DNA of 64,000 nucleotides from an uncultured Bacteroidota bacterium (lineage in GTDB: Bacteria > Bacteroidota > Bacteroidia > Bacteroidales > JAAUTT01). The stretch's first letter is position 1, and the number at the start of each line of letters is the position of its first letter. Positions 58,857-64,000 of the stretch are shown one piece after another. Both the position numbers and the translations under genes were made by a program. Where the stretch lies: NCBI GenBank assembly GCA_963846585.1, contig CAWJWO010000002.1:263592-327591 (forward strand). The letters run 5' to 3'. The notes beneath the pieces are model-generated. The model saw only the letters and a program-made list of their open reading frames with translations, searched no databases and was not told the origin of the DNA.

Positions 58857-60764
58857 ATGAAAGCCATAACCGACCTTTTCGAAGAAAGCACAAATAAATA
58901 CAGCAAAAATGTATTTATGTGGGAAAAAAAAGGAGGTATTTACGAACCTGCAACTTACCAAAAAATTAAAGAACAGGTATATTGGTTTGCTGCAGGTTTG
59001 ATATCACTTGGAATTCAAAAAGGTGACAGAATAGCCCTGCTATCTGAAGGAAGAAATGATTGGATGGTAAGTGAACTCGGGATTTTATATGCTGCAGGGG
59101 TTAATGTTCCGATATCTGTTAAATTGAACGAACCGGATGAAATTAAATTCCGGCTTGAACATTCCGGGGCACGTATGGTTATTGTATCAAATCAGCAGGC
59201 CGGAAAAATTGCTAAAATAAAGAATGATTTGCACCAGATTGAAAAAATTATTCTTATTGACAATATCGAAGAACCTACTGAAAGGGATATATTATTTTCT
59301 GAGGTAATTCAATCGGGAATTGAATATCTTAAACAACAACCTGATAAATTTAAAGAAAGATGGCAATCGGTTTCAGGTGAAGATATTGCAAATATCTGTT
59401 ACACTTCAGGCACTGTAGCCGACCCTAAAGGTGTTATATTAACTCACCGCAACTATACAGCTAATGTAGAACAGTCCCTTACACTTATGAATATACCGGA
59501 ATACTTTATTTCATTAGTAATATTGCCATGGGACCATGCATTTGCACATACTGTAGGATACGTGTTAATGGCCAGCGGTGCAGGTATAGCTTCCGTTCAG
59601 ATTGGTAAAACTCCTATGGACACCTTAAAAAATATTCCGGCAAATTTGAAAGAAATAAAACCACACTTACTATTAAGCGTACCTTCCCTTGCCAAAAATT
59701 TTAAAAAACAAATCGAAAAAGGCATCAGGTCAAAAGGTAAAATTATGTTTTCCTTGTTCAGATGGGGATTGTCAGTAGCATATTTTTATAATGGTATTGG
59801 CTGGAATAAGGGGAAAGGAATCCGTTTTTATCTTAAACCATTATTATTTATATTTGACAAATTGATTTTCTCAAAGGTTCGACTGGTTTTTGGTGGTAAT
59901 TTGGAATTCTTTGTAGGTGGAGGGGCATATCTTGATATAGAATTGCAACGTTTCTTTTATGCAATAGGAATACCAATGTACCAGGGATATGGCTTATCAG
60001 AATCATCACCGGTAATTTCAAGTAATTCAGCAGAAAGACATAAACTTGGATCATCCGGTTACCTGATAAAAAACCTTGATTTACTTATATGTGATGATAC
60101 CGGGAAACAATTACCTTTAGGCGAAAAAGGTGAAATAGTAGTAAGGGGTGAGAATGTAATGGCAGGTTATTGGAAAAACCCTGAGACAACTGCCCTTACA
60201 CTTAAAGACGGTTGGTTATACACAGGAGATTTAGGTTCGATGGACAAAGATGGTTATCTGTTTGTTTATGGCCGGTTTAAAAGTTTGCTTATTTCAGATG
60301 ATGGAGAAAAATATAGCCCCGAAGCTATGGAGGAAACATTTGTATCCCATACTCCGTTTATTGAACAATGTATGTTATACAATTGCCAGAATAAATACAC
60401 TATCGCTTTAGTGGTTCCGTCGAAAGAAGCATTCAATAATTGGAAGCTAAGGCAGTCTGCTCATTTTCATGAAAAGGAATATACAGTTTCGGAATCATTA
60501 AAACATTTTGAAGAAGTTTTTTTAGAATATCGTACAGGTAAAAAATTAAGCCATATGTTCCCGCAACGATGGTTACCAGCTGCTGTTGGAATATTGCCTG
60601 AAGCATTCACTGAAGATAACCAAATGTTGAATAGTACTATGAAAATGGTAAGAAGCAAAATTACAGAGAAATATAGCGGACTTATAAAATTTCTCTATAC
60701 ACCGGAAGGCAAAAACATTTGCAACGACCGGAATATTAAAAATTTTGAAAAATTTATGTCATGA
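58857..60764 (+). CDS. AMP-dependent synthetase/ligase (long-chain acyl-CoA synthetase-like)
   Basis: 635-aa ORF: ICYTSGTVADPKGVILTH, QGYGLSESSP, TGDLGSMDKDGYLFVYGRFKS. Confidence 0.85.
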   Translation: MKAITDLFEESTNKYSKNVFMWEKKGGIYEPATYQKIKEQVYWFAAGLISLGIQKGDRIALLSEGRNDWMVSELGILYAAGVNVPISVKLNEPDEIKFRLEHSGARMVIVSNQQAGKIAKIKNDLHQIEKIILIDNIEEPTERDILFSEVIQSGIEYLKQQPDKFKERWQSVSGEDIANICYTSGTVADPKGVILTHRNYTANVEQSLTLMNIPEYFISLVILPWDHAFAHTVGYVLMASGAGIASVQIGKTPMDTLKNIPANLKEIKPHLLLSVPSLAKNFKKQIEKGIRSKGKIMFSLFRWGLSVAYFYNGIGWNKGKGIRFYLKPLLFIFDKLIFSKVRLVFGGNLEFFVGGGAYLDIELQRFFYAIGIPMYQGYGLSESSPVISSNSAERHKLGSSGYLIKNLDLLICDDTGKQLPLGEKGEIVVRGENVMAGYWKNPETTALTLKDGWLYTGDLGSMDKDGYLFVYGRFKSLLISDDGEKYSPEAMEETFVSHTPFIEQCMLYNCQNKYTIALVVPSKEAFNNWKLRQSAHFHEKEYTVSESLKHFEEVFLEYRTGKKLSHMFPQRWLPAAVGILPEAFTEDNQMLNSTMKMVRSKITEKYSGLIKFLYTPEGKNICNDRNIKNFEKFMS

Positions 60765-61321
60765 AAATATACACCAAAACCGGTGATAAAGGCAAAACAT
60801 CACTAATAGGCGGTCAAAGAGTTTCTAAAAATCATATTCGTATTGAGGCATACGGAACAATTGACGAGTTAATGTCAAATATTGGTTTTGTGAGGGATAA
60901 TAATTTAAACCCTGAAATAAATATAATTCTCCTTGAAATCCTTGACAGGTTAATGAGTTGCGCTTCAATCCTGGCTACAGATGTTGAAAATATTAATATT
61001 AATATTCCCGAAATATTTCAATCAGATATCGAATTTCTTGAAAAAGAAATAGATAAAATGGATTCGGAACTTAATCCTTTAACTTCATTTATTCTTCCAA
61101 CCGGACATCCGTTGGTATCCGGTTGCCATATTGCAAGATGTGTTTGCCGTCGGGCAGAACGTATCATAATTATGGTTGCCGAAAATTTCTATGTGGCTGA
61201 TAATGTTATAAAATATATGAACCGTCTGAGTGATTACCTGTTTGTTCTTGCAAGAAAATTTACAAAAGATTTGAATGTAGAAGAAATTCCATGGCATCCC
61301 AGGTTGCAAATTCAAAAATAA
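60761..61321 (+). CDS. ATP:cob(I)alamin adenosyltransferase, PduO type
   Basis: MKIYTKTGDKGKTSLIGGQRVSKNHIRIEAYGTIDEL and ARCVCRRAER...LNRLSDYLFVLAR. The start overlaps the upstream stop (ATGA). Confidence 0.9.
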   Translation: MKIYTKTGDKGKTSLIGGQRVSKNHIRIEAYGTIDELMSNIGFVRDNNLNPEINIILLEILDRLMSCASILATDVENININIPEIFQSDIEFLEKEIDKMDSELNPLTSFILPTGHPLVSGCHIARCVCRRAERIIIMVAENFYVADNVIKYMNRLSDYLFVLARKFTKDLNVEEIPWHPRLQIQK

Positions 61322-61381
61322 TTTATAATTTCAGGCAACAGTAATAATATATATCTTATTAAATATTAAATCGTTAGCCTT

Positions 61382-61603
61382 ATGTACTGGACTTTAGAAT
61401 TAGCCTCAAAGCTTGAAGATGCTCCCTGGCCTGCAACCAAGGAAGAATTAATTGATTTTGCAATAAGGTCTGGCGCACCGATGGAAGTTATTGAAAACCT
61501 TCAGGAAATAGAAGATGAAGGGGAAATATATGAGAGTATTGAAGATATTTGGCCCGATTATCCAAGCAAAGATGATTTCTTTTTTAATGAAGACGAATAC
61601 TAA
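61382..61603 (+). CDS. DUF2795-like small protein
   Basis: 73-aa ORF: APWPATKEELIDFAIRSGAPMEVIENLQEI with an acidic tail, matching my recollection of DUF2795. Confidence 0.65.
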   Translation: MYWTLELASKLEDAPWPATKEELIDFAIRSGAPMEVIENLQEIEDEGEIYESIEDIWPDYPSKDDFFFNEDEY

Positions 61604-61712
61604 TAGTGCTTAGTGCATAGTGCTTAGTGCATAGTGCTTAGTGTTTAGTAATTATTTTACAAACTGAAACCTGTAAATTATGACTAATTACTTACGACTT
61701 ACGACTTACTAC
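61604..61712. repeat. TAGTGCW array (61604-61648), AACCTGT-like remnant, (TTACGAC)x2 (61692-61705)
   Basis: tagtgcttagtgcatagtgcttagtgcatagtgcttagtgtttag starts right after the DUF2795 stop TAA. aaactgaaacctgtaaatt follows. ttacgacttacgac, flanked by degenerate units, abuts the stop of the minus-strand OstA-like gene. Confidence 0.9.
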
Positions 61713-63235
61713 TATTCTTTCCAGATAAATATGTCATCCGGATTTAAAGGCCTGATATTTTCATACCATTTAAAATCTTTTAATAACAGATCGTTACCTG
61801 ATAATTCATATGGAGGATAGAAAGTTCCTGAAACACTGTTTATAAATGTAATTATAGTAGGTTTTCTATCCTTAAGCAAAATATTAATTTCCGAACTTTC
61901 AGTTTTTTTTACACCTGACAACTCAGTAGAATCACCATTTTCATAAGCAAAATATATAGTTTGGCCATTTCCTTTCACAAACATTTTATAAAGTTCATTA
62001 TGTTTATCGAAATATCCTGTCATATTGCGTCCTTTTATTTGCTGGAAGCGTATCGAGTCGGCCTGTGAAATCAGAAACGCCGACTTTCTAAGTTCCATTT
62101 TATCAATGCGTTGATGATGAGTTATAAGGTCAATATGCTCGGCAGTCAGTTGAGTTTTACCTGTCCATAATATTGGTTCTCTGAAAAGTTGCAAAATTGA
62201 ATCCTTAAAAGAGTAAAACATTGAATCACACTTGCCCTGTAGATCTTTACGGTAAAATTTTACATGATAATATGCTTTTACAAATTTAAAAGTATCAGTA
62301 TTTTCTACAAACACTCCCGATCGGATTGTATCTGCATGCATAAAAAGGGAATCATTATCATCAACCTGAATCATCATAGCCTTTATAGTAACTACTGCCG
62401 TTTTCTTTATCCGGTTATAAACAGCATAATCGCCACAAATTAAAATATTTTGTGTTGTGTCAATAATAACTGTATTAGTGTAGGCCCTTCCAATACCTGT
62501 AAGCTTTTCATAATACAAAGTGTCACTGTCTATTATCTGATCTTTGCTTTTCATCCAGGCATTTTGCCTAAGTAATGCTATCCCTGTAGTGGTATTATAC
62601 CATCCTTTTTCGCAATATATTGAATCATTTTCATTCCCTATCATATTCGTAGGTCCTACAAAATAGGCTGTTTTAATAGATGTGTTATAGTTCATGCTAT
62701 CAGTGAGAACCACCCCCTGAGGATTTGTTTCTACAACATTTTTTTTAAAAAATGCAAACTTTGTATTTTTATTATATGTGCCCAGATCACTTACAATATG
62801 ATCATCTCCGTCTATAATTATTCCTTTTGAAGGATAATTTGCAATTCCTGTTTTAATATTATAGAATATAGTATGTGTAGTGAGAGTGGTATTATCGTCT
62901 ACCATAACCACATCACCCGAGAGCTCGGCGATATGATTAATTGCAACATAATGCATTACCTTTCCGGTAATTGTCGTCTTACCTTCCTTTGGAATGATTC
63001 TGATATTACTAAAAGCATCAAAATCCTTATTTGGATATAAATATGCACTATCACAATACATAGTTGTTGAATTATCTATAAAAATGACATTCCCAACAAG
63101 ACGTTGAAGATCAACGCCATCTTTTTTAAATCCTTCCATATAACCAGCTTTATAATCAATCTTGGTTTGCGGAAAAACTGAAAAGCTTATCACAAATAAA
63201 AAAGTGAGGAGACAATAAAAACCTCTGATAATCAT
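61712..63235 (-). CDS. OstA-like (LptD N-terminal / LptA fold) repeat protein
   Basis: Repeated L.GNV.F....T.Y.DSA.Y-type beta-jellyroll segments (LVGNVIFIDNSTTMYCDSAYLY; LSGDVVMVDDNTTLTTHTIFYN). The start at the ATG at 63233-63235 gives the signal MIIRGFYCLLTFLFVISFSVFPQ and removes the overlap with the upstream gene. It lies directly after a SurA-like PPIase, as in lptD-surA synteny. Confidence 0.6.
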   Translation of the reverse strand: MIIRGFYCLLTFLFVISFSVFPQTKIDYKAGYMEGFKKDGVDLQRLVGNVIFIDNSTTMYCDSAYLYPNKDFDAFSNIRIIPKEGKTTITGKVMHYVAINHIAELSGDVVMVDDNTTLTTHTIFYNIKTGIANYPSKGIIIDGDDHIVSDLGTYNKNTKFAFFKKNVVETNPQGVVLTDSMNYNTSIKTAYFVGPTNMIGNENDSIYCEKGWYNTTTGIALLRQNAWMKSKDQIIDSDTLYYEKLTGIGRAYTNTVIIDTTQNILICGDYAVYNRIKKTAVVTIKAMMIQVDDNDSLFMHADTIRSGVFVENTDTFKFVKAYYHVKFYRKDLQGKCDSMFYSFKDSILQLFREPILWTGKTQLTAEHIDLITHHQRIDKMELRKSAFLISQADSIRFQQIKGRNMTGYFDKHNELYKMFVKGNGQTIYFAYENGDSTELSGVKKTESSEINILLKDRKPTIITFINSVSGTFYPPYELSGNDLLLKDFKWYENIRPLNPDDIFIWKE

Positions 63236-63239
63236 GTGA

Positions 63240-64000
63240 TTAAAAAGATGTTTTAAACCATTCGTCAGATTTGAAAGTACATGATCTGAAAGAATTATCG
63301 ATATGAATAAAGGTATTTTTCCTTTTTTCCGAGTACCAATTATTGATAATTTCCTGCCGCTTATTAATTTTTGCCAATTCCTCAATACGGCTATAATCCT
63401 GTTTTAAATTAGCAAGGTGTGCTTCAGAAGATGATAAAATTTTAATTATTTTAAAATATACAATCCCGTTTTTATCTCTTGATTCATATGAATTTGATAT
63501 TTCTTCCACTTTAAGCGATTTTATAGCATTATAATCAGCAGGAGAAATCTGTTCAGTTTCAAATTTATTATCGCCTGTACCCTGATTTACTAATATCCCC
63601 TTATTAAACCTCGATTCCTGGTCCATGGAATATTTAGCCACTGCTTTCTCAAAGGATATGGAATCTAATCGAATTAAATTAGCAATACTATCGAGAAAAT
63701 GTTTTGTTTTTATAACTGCATCGTAGTCAGGCTTTGGTTTCATTAAAATATGCCGGGTGTTAATCCTGTCTCCTTTTTTTTCAATTAGTTGTATTAAGTG
63801 CAAACCCATCTCAGATTCTATTACGTGAGAAACATCACCGGGATTATTAAGCGAGAAGGCAGCTTTTGCGTAGCCAGGATCAAGTTCAAATTTTGTGAGG
63901 AACCCCACCTCTCCGCCATGTTTAGCAGATCCTTCATCTTCAGAATAAAGGGTAGCTAATGTTGCAAATCTCTCACCATCAATAATTCGTTTACGCATTT
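63240..64000 (-). CDS. PpiC-type peptidyl-prolyl cis-trans isomerase (SurA-like), 5-prime part cut by window edge
   Basis: Parvulin segment FATLATLYSEDEGSAKHGGEVGF...GDVSHVIESEMGLHLIQLIEKKG. The frame is open to the window end. Confidence 0.8.
   Translation of the reverse strand, partial: MRKRIIDGERFATLATLYSEDEGSAKHGGEVGFLTKFELDPGYAKAAFSLNNPGDVSHVIESEMGLHLIQLIEKKGDRINTRHILMKPKPDYDAVIKTKHFLDSIANLIRLDSISFEKAVAKYSMDQESRFNKGILVNQGTGDNKFETEQISPADYNAIKSLKVEEISNSYESRDKNGIVYFKIIKILSSSEAHLANLKQDYSRIEELAKINKRQEIINNWYSEKRKNTFIHIDNSFRSCTFKSDEWFKTSF

Overview
Visibly AT-rich, Bacteroidota-type chromosomal segment. Lineage markers are a T9SS type-B sorting domain, a CarboxypepD_reg TonB-dependent receptor next to a DUF4249-like lipoprotein, DUF5683 after parAB, and a 286-aa RpoD. 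I support about 50 protein genes and found no rRNA, tRNA or CRISPR. Layout: (i) 0.6-11.7 kb, minus-strand surface cluster with three standalone Reg_prop beta-propeller lipoproteins, an SBP5 lipoprotein, a TonB-dependent receptor, a DUF4249-like and a ChW-like lipoprotein. (ii) 12.4-18.5 kb, leucine-catabolism block (MCCase beta, methylglutaconyl-CoA hydratase-like, MCCase alpha, acyl-CoA dehydrogenase). It runs co-directionally into (iii) 19.5-24.9 kb, a mevalonate-pathway block (type-2 IPP isomerase, class II HMG-CoA reductase, GYDIA GHMP kinase, diphosphomevalonate decarboxylase, mevalonate kinase). The two blocks are separated by a GIY-YIG nuclease cassette bounded by 38/39-nt inverted repeats and carrying a GC-rich compound hairpin. 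(iv) 25-64 kb, mostly housekeeping genes (rsmA, recJ, folA, thyA, pssA, parA, parB, MltD-like, SGNH+MBOAT, rpoD, htrA, gyrB, GH26, acyl-CoA ligases, PduO-type adenosyltransferase, OstA-like, SurA-like), plus a RAYT/IS200-like Y1 transposase flanked by REP-like hairpins at 53.0-53.6 kb. The most unusual signal is non-coding. Nearly every intergenic spacer is packed with tandem arrays of 7-9-nt units: TAGTGCW, TTAGTTG, GGTTTATAA, GTGATTAA, TACAACCTT/ACAACATT, TTACGAC, AACCTGT, CTTGGCTC, GACGTGA. In this window the two commonest classes are strictly polar relative to the flanking genes: one orientation abuts or provides stop codons, and the reverse complement sits just upstream of start codons. 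The modules also assemble into a roughly 300-bp mosaic element present twice, inside the liu operon and between thyA and folA. All functional readings of these repeats are inference. No database search could be run.
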